Below, in pieces: positions 25,191 through 38,306 of a DNA stretch of 64,000 nucleotides. A model generated the notes under the pieces. The model worked only from the letters and a program-made list of their open reading frames with translations, was not told where the DNA came from and did no database searches. A program made the position numbers and the translations under genes. The first letter of the stretch is position 1. Each line of letters begins with the position of its first letter. This DNA comes from Lama glama (Eukaryota): NCBI GenBank assembly GCA_028534125.1, contig CM052817.1, forward strand, positions 67,024,001 to 67,088,000. Direction: 5' to 3'.

Positions 25191-25569
25191 TGAACTAATT
25201 TGCCAGAGCTGCTATAATAAAATACCAGACTGAGTCGTTTAGCCAATAGAATCTGTTTTCTCACAGTTTTGGAAGCTAGATGTCTGAGATCAAGGTGTCC
25301 GCAGGGTTGTTTCTTCCGAAGCCTCTGTCCTTGGCTTGTAGATGGCTACTTTCTCACTGTGTTCTCACCTGGTCTTTTCTCTGTGCATGTCTGTATCCTC
25401 ATCTCCTCTGATAAGGACACCAGTCATACTGGATTAGGGTTCCCTAATGATTTCATTTTATCCTAATTACCTCTTAAAAGAGCTTATCTCCAAATACAGT
25501 CCCATTCGGAGGTAGTGGGGTTAGGACTTTGACATATGAATTTTGGGGGTTACAGTTCAGCCTGTAACA
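25191..25569 (-). mobile_element. MLT1B-like MaLR solo LTR, near full length
   Basis: CTCACAGTTTTGGAAGCTAGATGTCTGAGATCAAGGTGTC...ATAAGGACACCAGTCATACTGGATTAGGG...CAGTTCAGCCTGTAACA. Confidence 0.85.
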
Positions 25570-25587
25570 TAACACAGCACAACACAG

Positions 25588-25832
25588 ATTCAGATCTCAG
25601 ATCAAATGTCACCTTCTCAGAAAGGCACTGTCACTTGACTTTCTATCAGAGCACCCTGTTTTAATTTCCTCACAGCACAGAAATTATCTTGTGTATTTAT
25701 CTGATTGCTTATTTATTCTATCTCCTTTGCTAGAGGACAGAGGTCCTGTGGGACTAGTCCACTGCCGTATGCTCAGCTCCTAGATCTATGATGGTATACA
25801 GCAGGCATTTGATAAATAACTGTCAAAATAAA
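25588..25832 (+). mobile_element. L2 3' end
   Basis: TTCAGATCTCAGATCAAATGTCACCTTCTCAGAAAGGC...CAGCAGGCATTTGATAAATAACTG. Confidence 0.75.
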
Positions 25833-26744
25833 TTGCATTACAATAAGACAAGAATTCAAAATACTTATACTTCAGAAATGATATTTTGCCAAAATAATTT
25901 GTTTCAAGCTTCAGGAAATTTTGTTACATATAAATTTAAAACAAATTTTTCAAATGCTTATGTAAGTATTTATAAAAGTCTTTAAATATGGTCTATGCAA
26001 ATTTCAAAATATAAATAGGAAGAAAATCATTTATTAAAAGGAGTAAAACATGTAACAATTCTGATATTTTAGTGTATGGGGATTAGTAAATGACTGCAAT
26101 AGGAAACTTGCATTTGACTTCGCAGCAGATCCTAGGGCTTAATTGAAATTTATAACAAGACACATGATTAAGAAAACTTAATCATTACTCTTAATCACTA
26201 TTTAAAAAATTGCCTTCATAAGCATAGCATGTTTTACTCACATAAATTTTAGAATCATATGAAAGAAGAAAAATTTTACAAAAAGGGACACCCAGGAAAG
26301 ACTTTTTAAAGAGCAAGTAGAAGGCATGTCTTCTGAGCTCTTGTGCCTTTGATTGGCCCCACTGTTTCCAATATTACAGATTTTAAAAATCAGGAAGTTA
26401 AAACTCAAGAGATTGGCCCACAGTAACCTACACACACGCAGTGGCATTAGATGTGGCATCCAATCTGAAGCTATAATTAATCATGTTGTGGTCCGAGCGC
26501 TCCTGCGCTTATGAACACTGAATGCTGCTACATGGGCAGTGCTCTGAACCAAGACACTAGGAAATAGTGTCATGAATGTCACCAAGTATTTTGGTCAAAA
26601 TATCGTTTCTAATATTCTAGTCCTGTGTTGTTCAGGGGCTCGGGATAGAGTCAGTAGCTTCACTTCATTCTTTTCTTTCTGCCTTTGTAAGATAACTCTT
26701 TCCCTCTGGCTCAATCCACCCCTTATAGACACTCGAGAGACCTG

Positions 26745-27193
26745 TCTTTGCCAGTTATCTTTTGGGTATAAGTGGCAGCAAGAAGAAACTCAACTCAAAA
26801 TGGCTGGGAAAAAAGGGCATGTAATTAGATTACTTAACTGGAGGAGACAAGAATGACTAAAACCAGCAGCTCAAATGATATAATTAGGACCTGCTCTCTG
26901 TCTCTCATCTTTGCTTCTTTTTTTTGTGGTAAATATTCTAAGGTTTGAACTGGTGACTCCCAGAAGTCCCAGATTTTCCCTTCCCAATGTTCCCACACAT
27001 GGTATGTGGAATGGATCTCATTGGCTCTGATTTGTTACCTGACCCTCCTTCTGTAATACATGACCCAGCCCTACAAGAAGCACATGGACTGAGAGTGGAA
27101 TAAGGTAGGCCCCACATGGAAAACCATATTGCTGTCACCATAGATGGCAGAAAAGGATGCCAGGCAGGTAAAACCCACAGGCGTCCACTGACA
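26745..27193 (-). mobile_element. MLT1K/L-like MaLR LTR
   Basis: GCAAGAAGAAACTCAACTCAAAATGGCT...CTCATTGGCTCTGATTTG...GGATGCCAGGCAGGTAAAACCCACAGGCGTCCACTGACA. Confidence 0.6.
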
Positions 27194-28079
27194 ATCTCTT
27201 TACCACTGAGTGTATGATGGACCTGGTAAGAAATTTAAAAATGAGTTGCATTCCAACACTGATCTTTTTAGAACCATGTGACCTATGAATTTCCATATTT
27301 GGTCTCTGTATTGTCCATTGCCTTATATTGGTTTTTTTTCTGAACTTAACTTTCTATATCATGAGCATCCTGAGGGCAGTAACCACCCTCACAGTCCCTG
27401 AAATTCAATAACTGCTGCATTAATGACTTTTAAATAAATATTTATATTATTATGAAAATAGAGAGGAAAAGTGACAGATAATATGAAGTTCAAGTCAATC
27501 CATTCCCACCTTGCTAACAAGCAACATTGCGTACTATTTGGATCAGCTTCTCCTTTTTGAAAGATTTCTTTAAAACAAGTGATGGGAATGTCCATGGCCA
27601 TGCTCTCTCTCCTTGGGATAGTCTAAAGCAACATCATGGGTGGTATAACGTGTACTTTAGGGAACCCAATAGATGACAGATATAAATATCTGAAAATACT
27701 GGGTCCTTGAGTGTAGATCTGTGTAACGATTGCAGTGCCTTTTATCTGCAACTGTGAATAAATTAATAATGTCCATCACTTGCTCCTCTGTTTTCTGTTC
27801 TTGCCTCATAGACTTTAGGAACCACTTTGCCTTAACATAACAAGAAAATCTGATAGTTACAAGCTATTTGGACGACTTTCTCTTAAAATTTATCCTGTTA
27901 TTAGTGTCGGGGCTATCTCAGTTGTTTTAAAAATAGGAGACTGTTACAATTAAGTTTATCACATACATAAAGTTCTCCCATCACCTATCCTGTGCAGTTA
28001 CAGCTGCATGTTGATAGTTTGTCATTTGACAAAGGAAGAATGCTGAAGCAAACTCTAGTAATATCCATTGTTCCTATAA

Positions 28080-28250
28080 CTCCATTTATTTATTAAAAAT
28101 GTTTATCAAGTGCCTACTGTCTATAGCCCTGGGGATACCAACAGAAATATGATATAGCCACTCTGGTTTAGGATTAGAACCTGCATTAGAACAAGACACA
28201 TATACAAATACAGTGCTACATTCCAGGTGCTTTTGTAGCACCATTCCAAA
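28080..28250 (-). mobile_element. L2 3' end
   Basis: CATTTATTTATTAAAAATGTTTATCAAGTGCCTACTGT...CCCTGGGGATAC. Confidence 0.65.
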
Positions 28251-29534
28251 CTGAACACACTAAATGATAAAACATTGTACCAGGCATCAGGAGATGGTAA
28301 AGCTATCTGGAGGCAGAAGTTTCTTTCAAGGCAGTGAGAGTAAGAGAGAAACAAAAAACTAAAAACTTGGCAAAATCTCTGGTTCAATCATTACTCATTT
28401 CCCTGGTGCACTAATGAAAAATTACTCCCAACAGGAAAATTAAAAAGTGCAATCAGTTTTTGGCATGTATAGTTTATCATAGCCTGGGTCATGCCTTGCC
28501 TTTCCTTTTCACTAGCAATACAGCAAGGAACCAACGGAAGAGAGGAGACATTCTAGATCTCAGAGTTTTTGTTTTTTGTTTTTAAGAAAAGGGCAGAACC
28601 CCTTTTGTAGCTCTCACCCTTTCCTAACTCTCTCCTCCTGTAGATTTTCTGTAGTGTGTTTCAAGGTGAGAAATTACAGACAATAAAGACGAAATACTCA
28701 ACTCACTTGTCTCAGCATTTGTTCACATTCCTAGGACATCTGACAAGGGAATGAGGTAGGACAGAAGAACTGACTTGGCTTCTTCTTACAGGGAATTGGG
28801 TGTTTGTGTCTTTTATCGTAATTATCAATTATATCTTTTCCTGGATTACAGCACATCCAGTTTTCTTTGGCCAGCTTTCCATTCTCCATTGGGTGTAGTC
28901 TCAATGGGACTTTTCACCAGGATTTGCATCTTTCCCCTGGTGAAAGGGTGACCCAGCTAAGACCAATCATGCACAACTTTTAGAGTTTTAAATGGTGTAA
29001 AAAAAAGGTGATTCAAGGTCTGAAAATAGTCAAAGCTAATTCATTTTGATGACAGCATTTTGAGAAAAGAAAACTGTTTATTAGTTTCTGGTATTTGTAT
29101 GTTAGAAGATGCTTCAGCCCCTGTGCTTTCAGAAGCTTGACGTTTCAACTGGTTTGGGCTACCAACTTCATTCGTATATAAAATTACCCAGTGATAGTTT
29201 CTGATGACTGCAACCTTTTCACTCTTTCTGCTTATGAGGTCTGTCCTTCTTTACCTCATACTTTAAGGCTTCAGTACACATGATCTCTGTGAAAACTTCT
29301 CAATGCTTGTTTTCCTCCAAAGAATATTTTATTACCCAAACCTCTTGCTCCTGCGTCATTTGTTAATAGTCCTTTCTTGTAGCTTGCATGCTATGTGATT
29401 GTGGCTAATTAACTATATGACTATCACTGGATGGTAGGTTCTTTTCTGGGTACTTAATACATCCTTATAATTTTTGTAACCTCTGTATATCTAATAGAGG
29501 TGTGCCTATGGTAAAAATACATAAAGATTATACA

Positions 29535-29535
29535 T

Positions 29536-29566
<31 letters not shown>

Positions 29567-29593
29567 TTATATACATATATTTATATATATATA
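29535..29593. repeat. (TA)n/(TG)n compound microsatellite
   Basis: Direct reading. Confidence 0.9.
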
Positions 29594-30310
29594 TTTTTTG
29601 GGGGGGGAATGAGTATGTGAATAGCGTGCTTCCAGTGACAGGTGGCTGTTTCCCCAAAATGTTTCTTAAACTGAAATCAGAAACTAAGCTGAAGTAAACA
29701 TATCCTATCCTTCTCACCATTATAAGCAACATTTCATTTTGCACTTGCAAAGCTATGTGTGTTACCTGAATACACACAGCTATAAAGTCTGAAAAGTCAG
29801 TAAGCATTGGCTCAGGAAAAAGTGGGAGATGTTTCCAGTGTGGGTAGCTAGTATTTTTCATATGTCAGAGAATAAAGGGTATGAGGCTTCAGCTGGCCTC
29901 ATTCTATCTTGTGATACCTTATTTATAATTTATACACTGCCTACTTCCAGAATATGAATTTTGAGATTCCTTAAAATAAAAACATATCTAATAGAACTGA
30001 ATGAAGCTGAAAAAAGAAAACCACAAATCGTTAAACTCGGGAAAATATTTTTTCCAGTAATTTAGGTTTGAACTTACTGCACCAACAAAAATGGAAATGT
30101 GATGGTTTGTAAAGTTTCATCTGCCTAAAGAAAGTATATCATTAGTTAATTTATGAATATTTGGTCCTAAATTCTTTGTATTTATTTATTTATATAGTTA
30201 TTGAATCAATATATTAAATATGTTAAAAGCAAATTATGATCAGGGTAACTACATGTTCACATAGAAATGATTCCTTAAACTTGGTATATGTACATTGAAT
30301 TTTGGCAGTA

Positions 30311-30917
30311 TGTTAGAGCAGGCAGATAACTAGACAGGAGCAAAAAAAGTGGGGCACAAGCTAAATGGCAGGAAAGTGTACATCTTATGAACAACAGGGG
30401 TCCTTGGGCAGACAGAAAAGCAGGAACCTCTGGACTGATAAGAGATCACACATTTTGGGGTAACAAGTGTCCTGGAGGCAGGCAAAGAAAGGTGGGAAAA
30501 GGCAAGAATCTCCAGTGTCCCAGTGTAACCTTTTGCTCATTATGCCCTCATTACAATAAAATTAGCCTTGCAGATTAGAAGAACCCATCATGACCCAACT
30601 CCATGACACTTCTGATCGATCCAGACTAAATAAGGACAAAAGTTCCTCTTCCCTTTGGGCAGGTGGAGTTGGGATGAAAATCAGGGAATATGACCCCAAA
30701 CTCTTCCCTCCCCAATGAATATTCCCCCATTCATCTTTACGCCCCATGCAACCAACTTGCCAAAGAAGCTTGGGGCAGCTGCTTACCTGAGCCTGCCCGC
30801 TCTCCCCTGGAGAGTGTACTATCTGTCTCCTAATAAATCTTCACTTTACTTTCTTACCCTCCTGGTCTCATCTCTGAATTCTTTCTGCGACGAGACAAAA
30901 AATAATCACCAGCAACA
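30311..30917 (+). mobile_element. Solo LTR, ERV1-like
   Basis: TGTTAG...GCAACA termini, AATAAA at 30832-30837, U5-like TCTGAATTCTTTCTGCGACGAGAC; flanks GCAGTA and GCAGCT give only an imperfect TSD. Confidence 0.8.
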
Positions 30918-31370
30918 GCAGCTGCTCTGGGATGCTCAGCTCAGGTTCCTTTCACTGGGCCCCACAGCATTCTTGCCACAGGTGCTACGAGGGTGCTTCA
31001 AAGGGCTTCTATCTCCAGAGAAATGCCGTTGGCCTGGGTATGCTGGAGAGATTACAACTACATCCCTCTTCTCACAGGACCAGGGTCTGACGTATGTGGG
31101 GCACAGTGGACAGAAAAGCCCAGCCCCTTTGCCTCAAGGCAAGGCATGTCTGCTGAGCAAACTGCAGTGTATCCTCCAGAAGGCCTGCTTTCCCCAGTGG
31201 ATCAGGCCAAGTCTACACTTTATGGGAGACGCATCCTTACTCGGCCCCTCCCCTCTCCCTGTCCTGTGTAATCCTTCAGAGTATTTTTCCTCCTGCAAGT
31301 GGGTTCAATCAATTTCCTGTGCCTGAGTCCCTGTCTCAGGCTCTGCTCTAGGGAACCTGATCTAAGGCCA
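30918..31370 (+). mobile_element. LTR16-family (ERVL) LTR
   Basis: AAAAGCCCAGCCCCTTTGCCTCAAGG and 3' end CTGTCTCAGGCTCTGCTCTAGGGAACCTGATCTAAG. Confidence 0.75.
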
Positions 31371-32584
31371 TTTGGAAGAATATGCTACATTATGTGTTTT
31401 TAAATTGAGTCTTGCTTAAAGTACAAAGTTCCAATGGCAGTGCTGCAGTCACTGTACTTTTGCAGTCCGGGTGAACTAAAGCTGCATCAGGCTTGGTGTC
31501 TGGTGTGTATTGACTACTGCGTAACAGTCTCTTGGAGTCAAAGTTAGTTTCTGAATAGTCATGAAAATCATATTTAATGGCATAATTTTCACCCTCTCCT
31601 GTATCGATTGTTTCTTTTTTAATAAAATGCAAATTGGTTTCTTTGATTTGAAAGCCATTTAAAAAGAACTATACACCTTTATGAGAAAATGACATATCCT
31701 TTTGCCAAACTCATAACTAGCACTCATTGTAACTCACACGCATAGCAAGTTAAAAACTATCTAATTGCAAATATCCTTTCACCCAGATTTGGTAAAATAT
31801 TTCCGTCATGGAGATTTAGAAACTTAGTCTTAGCCTACATAGTTATTTTTTCTCTCTGTAACACTAATGATTTTAGGGAAACTTACGTACGAAAATATTT
31901 TTTCAAGTCCAGATTCATATGTGTTGTATATCTGACTAAATTTTTTTTTTACTCTAAAACACTGATTGTACTTTTGCAGTTTTGGACATTGCTTTGTTGC
32001 ATCCCCCCTCCCCCCGCCCGCCTTCACAATCTGATATCTGTATATTCTGCTCTCCCTGCGCTCAAGAATTTGCCTGATCCTGCAGACAAAATTGAACTTT
32101 CTCTTATCCTTCTGTCCTCCCTTCTAGGGCTGTGCACAGTGTTTGCTTCTCAAACCTGTCCACAAGCTGGCCACCTGCTCAAAGTATCCTTGCCTCTTAA
32201 TGGACTCCATTTTAGGAACACAGTCACCACCTCAGAGCTTTCTTGGTCTTCTCTGGCCTTGTTGCCCACTCCATTTAGATTGATGGAAGCCTCAAGGCCG
32301 TTGTTAACCACCCCAACCGTGATGACACTTCGGTCTCTCTGTCCCTTAGGCCTCAGTAATCCCTCTCCGTATGCTGGGAAGGACGAAACTTTCTGCTTTT
32401 AGAAGAGTGCTTTTGGGGAAACTATGTACCTGGCAGTCATAAGACTCTTTCTTCAAGGTCTTCTCTTGTCTTTTTTCCCCACAGCTGTCCAAAAAAGAGA
32501 GAAAAAGTAAAATTGAAGCTTACAGTCAAACTTTTGATGAGTTACTAGAAAATTTTAAAAATACGTATTCATATTTAAGTAAAC

Positions 32585-33185
32585 ACATATTTAAATATGT
32601 ATTTATCAATTACTACAGTAGAAATAATAATAGCTAAGTAACAGAGTCGCAACAGTGCCGAGCACCAGGCTAGGCCCAGGGACACAGGATGTACACAGAA
32701 ATACTCCTACCCTTTGTGAGAGTTTAATTTAAATGAGAAGGCTTATACTAAATACTTATAAGCATTTATAAAATAATACAGTGTTTAATAGGGGTAGGAA
32801 GGGCTACATAAAAGAAGATTTTCTGTTACTGACTAAGAATTGGAAATAGCTTCAAAGAGACGTGAATTGGGCTTTGAAGGACAAGAATATTTTTTATCAA
32901 AGAAATAAACAAATGGTGATAAGAAATTCAAAGTGGGCTTGATATTTTCAAAGGCTTGGAAGAATAAGAGGACACAGACTGAATAAAATCTAGGGGACTG
33001 TATAGATGAGGACGTGGTAAGATATGGTCAGGATGATCTAGAAAGATGAAGCTGGAGAAGTGGGCCAACTTGCAATTATCTTGTAGGACGCACTACTGGC
33101 TTTGGACCTACTTTTATAGATGAGTGCTAGGCAACTTTTGTGCAGCTGAGCAAGTCAAAAAACATCAGAATCTTCACTGGCCACA
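32585..33185 (-). mobile_element. L2 fragment
   Basis: ATGTATTTATCAATTACTAC...CAGGCTAGGCCCAGGGACACAG...GGCTTTGAAGGA...GAAGCTGGAGAAGTGGGC. Confidence 0.6.
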
Positions 33186-33419
33186 TTTTGCATTCAATTC
33201 AAACTGGAAATAACTTTGAGTCTTATGGGAGAAGTGTGTGTACATGTGTGTGTTTGTGTTTATGTATCTATGTATGTATACTTGCAAGTGATGTTATTTA
33301 TTTTGTTAAATAGAAGAACATCAATATCACAATTAGTATTCTAGTTTAGTCACTAAAACATTAATGTGTGGACATATTTCTGAATTAGTAGTGTAGCACA
33401 GCTTTCCAACATCTGATAC

Positions 33420-33600
33420 TTTACATTTATGTAAAGCTTTAAGAACCACAAAGTTTATTCATATGCATTACATCACCTTATTCTCAGAACTACTCCAAGA
33501 CAGGTATTGTCATCACCTCTATCTAACAGAGAAAGTGAGGCTCACAGAGATGAAATATTTTACCTAAAGTCATACAATGATTTAATGGTGGAATGTATGT
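33420..33600 (-). mobile_element. MIR SINE
   Basis: AACAGAGAAAGTGAGGCTCACAGAGATGAAATATTTTACCTAAAGTCATAC. Confidence 0.7.
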
Positions 33601-36600
33601 ATGTCAAGGAGTACCAAGCATTGGGAAATACATAAGACATAGACCATTGCTCTCAACCAGCCGGGCTCCTCTTCTCATAGTTTAGATTGACCAGTAGCCT
33701 CAAAGCAGGCAATAAAAGTCATACTCTAATGATGGCAGTTCTTCAATCAGCAACCCAGAGCAGCATCATGGACACTGGTTCTTGTAACTCAAGCACTCCT
33801 GGTCCTCTGCTATACCACACTAAACTGGACAGATTCTGGCGTTACCATCCCAAGACTCTGCCCTCCCTGTCTTGAAGTGTAGCTGCCTTCTTCCCATGAT
33901 GCAATTCCTTCATCACTCCCCAGTCTCCACCACTGTGACCAGATGCTCTTGCCTTGATGGAAGATTTCTTTTCAAGACTTCTTTTAGAGTCCAGGGCGTT
34001 TGCTGGGAAGACCTTCTCTACCTATTCTCATGCCTTGGACCAGTTAGGAGGACGGGCTGGATGCATGCAGACTGTAAGAGAAGATGGCCTGCATTCTTAC
34101 AGGCAATGTAGGGACACTGGGAGTTCTGTGTTTCTGTTTTAGGAAGATAACTCTGGTGGCCGTTATCTTTTCTGCCTCAGTACCTCACTCACTAAAAATA
34201 AAAACCCTTAGGTTTAATTTTTTAATTTCAGGCACAGTTGAAGACATATCTGAAGTTGGTACCTCTTAGAAAAGTTTTCTCCTTTAAATATGTAAATGCC
34301 ACTCAAGGGACAAATTCCCCTGGGGTATCCTATCGCCTTCCTCTCCTCTCAGTGGACCCATTGGGGTGGCTACAGAAGCCCAAAGAGAGTCAAGCCCATT
34401 GCAATCAAACAATAAAGATTTGCAGTGAGTTTAATGCCATTTAAATGAATGAATAAAAGAGATCTATTAACTTATATGGCTGAGACGTGAATTGTTTGTG
34501 AATGAAATCTATAGAGAAAAATGGGAATAGGAGCTAGCGTGCAAAGAATCTCATGAAGAAAAATGTTGACAGCAACAAAATAAAACTGTTTCAGAATTGA
34601 TATTAACTGGGTGATTTGAGTATTAATTAGGCAATTTGGGTATTAATTAGATAATTTGTTTCTGCTGCAGAATCTTATGAACTAGAAATGAACCTATAAA
34701 GGTGGTTTTGTGTATGTGTGTGTGAGTATGATACTGGGAATGGTGCCAAATCAAAGTCCCCCGAAAATTGAAGTCCTCAGTATACCTGGAGAACAGGTTC
34801 CATTGTGTTAGCAGAAGCTTTAGCAGTAACATCGATGAATTATACTCAGAATGACCTAATGCAGATATCCTCCAGGCTGGAATGTCCTGTTCCGTCCTTC
34901 ACATCAAGTGGAGAGTTAGTCGGCTTCTGCTTCAAGGAAAGTCAGCTTGAAATCCCTCGTTACACGGATGTATCATTTTCATGGATTGCTACAATTTGAG
35001 AAGATCACTGGAATTCGAGTCAGTCTCACAAGCGACGAGAATCCTCAGAAGAGAATTTTACCACTGTTCATTCAATTTGGTTGACATTGACTGATGAAAT
35101 AAGTTAGTATTTTTCCAGAACAAGGATTCAAGAACCCTTGTCTTTCTCTCTAGAAACCAAACTGAAATACTGTAGCATCTACTATAAACTGTGAGGCACT
35201 CCAGTGTGGTTTACTCATTCTTCAAGAAAAGTTTATTCTTTGTTATTTTACTAGTTAATACCTGCACATTTAGAATTTTTGTTCTGAGAGTAAGGAAGTT
35301 GTCGTGTATATTGCTGCATCCCTAATGTTTAAAATGCTACCTTCTATGAAACAGACCATCAGTAAATATTAGTTGAATACATAAATGATGCAAGCAGTAG
35401 ACCTGCATTCCTGTTGTAACTCCCTACCTCAATTAGAAGGGTTTAAAGTGATGAAGTTAAATTACTGTGACTGAAAATATTTAAAGTGAAAGATTACCAA
35501 TTAATGTGGGTAAGGGAAAAAGAAAAAAAAAGCAAAAACCAAAACACCCTTGGCTAATCAACCCCTTAAGTCCCTGAAGTACCACCAAGGTGGTTTTAGT
35601 TGAGTTTGGATGAATAAAGGTTGCCTGTTTGCCACTTGCCAGCAGATGGCCTAATTATTCCATTGTTCACCGGACATCGAAACTCCTCTGTATAAGGAAA
35701 AGCAGTTGATGAGGAGTAAATTTCCCTTTGATATTTTTTAAAATGGAGATCATGTTTTAGTATACTTCGTATTTTTTGCTGGATTAAACAATTGATTAGA
35801 GATGCTAATTTTAACATAGCCCAGTCTAATCAATGAGGGAAGTGTATACTACTTTTCATATATGCTAAATCACCTAGGAAGGTCTGTAAAGGTGACATGC
35901 GAATATCATTGCCTCACGGTTAAGTGGATTCATCAGCATCCATGAGTAATGAGGCTCTTTATTTTCCTCTAGGCGGTCTTTGCAAGTTATTAAAAACATT
36001 CCATTTAGACAACTTTACCAACTTTTCTGAAAATCAGTGTATAAGCACTGTTGATGTTCAAACTCAGTTTACCTGCAACAAACTTCCTCAGAATTCTGAG
36101 GCTGTTTACAGGTTATATACTTTGTTTATAAGGGGAAAGTGCTTTTTTAATCTAAAAAGTGTGTTGAATTTTTTTCCTTATGGGTAAATGTGAAAGAGAT
36201 ACTATGTTTGACGAAAACAAGAGCAACAGGTAGACAGGGCAATTAGTAGTCAAATATAATGTCCTGTTTGATATTTCACTTTATTAACTCTACCAATTTA
36301 AAATTTATCATTCCACTAGACCTACTATTACTTAATAAAAATGTTTCAAAAGAAAATGAAAAGGAGATAGAGATGAGTTAATCGTCTTTATCCTTGTGAC
36401 TTCATTGCCTTTCATTGGTGGTTTCACCAAACCTTGGAAAAACCAAACCTCATGAAACCAATATCAAATCATGATATTGAATGGGTATTGTCTTAGTCCT
36501 TAGAAAAGAAAGTCAGTTTTGTTTCCCAGTGGAACTGTTATTGCCTCTTTTTTTTTTTCTGCTAGTTTACAGTATTGTTTTATTTTCTGCTAAGGAAATC

Positions 36601-37806
36601 ACTGGAAAATTATTTCTTGTTAAACATAAATGAGGTATAAATACAGATATGCACATTTTAATTAATAATCAGAATATTTAAAAACAATTTGAAAAACTTA
36701 GACTTCTTAATAGAAAATTCAAAAATTCCAGAAGATTCTGGAAAGATGTTTGGTGTTGTCAAGCTAATTTTTTTTAACAACATAAAATATATAATTTAAC
36801 TCAGAGTTTCAGCTCAACAAGGTGTCTGCACAGTTTTGTTTATTAAGATTTTTTTTTTCTTAGAAAGTTTCTCAAATGTGCCCTAGAGGCTTTAGACATT
36901 AGTACCACTTAACAAAAAACATTAGCACTTTCATATTCTTAGCATTTGGATTCTTGTTGCTTTCAAGATTTCATCTATGCCCTATTCACTTATTATAAAC
37001 AAAGAAAAATGTAGATACTTTACAAAGAATCTTATTATTTTATCTATATTTTCTAATTTTTTAAATAATTAAAAAGTAATGATAAAATATGGTTTGGATA
37101 ATTTTTATATATGAAAGAGGTGGTTAGATTGTTTTACCATTTCCTTATTTGTTGACTGATTATATGTTATATTCTATATATTTTCTCTCTCTGTATATAT
37201 GTAGATTACATATAAAATCAATCAACAAATAAGGAAAGGGGTACAACATGAGATTATATGTATTCTCTAAATAATATACAGTGAATATGTTAAATAGACT
37301 ATTCTATAGAATTTATTTGTATACATGTATAGAATATAATATTTATGTATATATACATGTATAGAATAGAATATTTCTATCCTCCTTCCATCTATTCATT
37401 TAAGGGGAAAGCATAGGTGGGACCGGGGTGGGGCCAGCATGCTCACAGGAGCGCCTTGCTGGTGGCTAGCTGTGCCTGGTGGGTGTTGGAGCCTCTGCCG
37501 GGACCATCAATCCCATGATGCTTTGCTCCGCTGAACAATGGTCTCCTTTCTTTCACCAGTCACACTTAACTACACCTTCCTAGAGAGGAGGAATGTGCCT
37601 GGCACTGGCTTTGTCATGCCTGTGAAGCAGCAGGGAAGTCACAGAAAACAAAGCCAAGTCTCCCAACTGGCCACTAATGCCCTTTCCTTCTTTGAAAAGT
37701 GACTTCTGGAAATTTAGGCACAGCTGAGGCTGCCTGGTTACCTCTTTCCTCATTGTCTTCTTTGAGAGAGCTGGTTAAAGAAAACCAAAATAAATATGTA
37801 TTTAAA

Positions 37807-38306
37807 NNNNNNNNNNNNNNNNNNNNNNNNNNNNNNNNNNNNNNNNNNNNNNNNNNNNNNNNNNNNNNNNNNNNNNNNNNNNNNNNNNNNNNNNNNNNNN
37901 NNNNNNNNNNNNNNNNNNNNNNNNNNNNNNNNNNNNNNNNNNNNNNNNNNNNNNNNNNNNNNNNNNNNNNNNNNNNNNNNNNNNNNNNNNNNNNNNNNNN
38001 NNNNNNNNNNNNNNNNNNNNNNNNNNNNNNNNNNNNNNNNNNNNNNNNNNNNNNNNNNNNNNNNNNNNNNNNNNNNNNNNNNNNNNNNNNNNNNNNNNNN
38101 NNNNNNNNNNNNNNNNNNNNNNNNNNNNNNNNNNNNNNNNNNNNNNNNNNNNNNNNNNNNNNNNNNNNNNNNNNNNNNNNNNNNNNNNNNNNNNNNNNNN
38201 NNNNNNNNNNNNNNNNNNNNNNNNNNNNNNNNNNNNNNNNNNNNNNNNNNNNNNNNNNNNNNNNNNNNNNNNNNNNNNNNNNNNNNNNNNNNNNNNNNNN
38301 NNNNNN
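37807..38306. other. Assembly gap (500 N)
   Basis: Exactly 500 N; a round number suggests a fixed-size scaffolding spacer, so the true distance is unknown. Confidence 0.99.

Noticed and set aside
31390..31632. 80-aa minus-strand ORF with protein-like composition
   Set aside because: Non-ATG start, no convincing splice sites, no recognisable homology
34780..35040. CpG-containing segment with minus-strand AG/GT boundaries
   Set aside because: All three frames contain stops and the splice signals are weak
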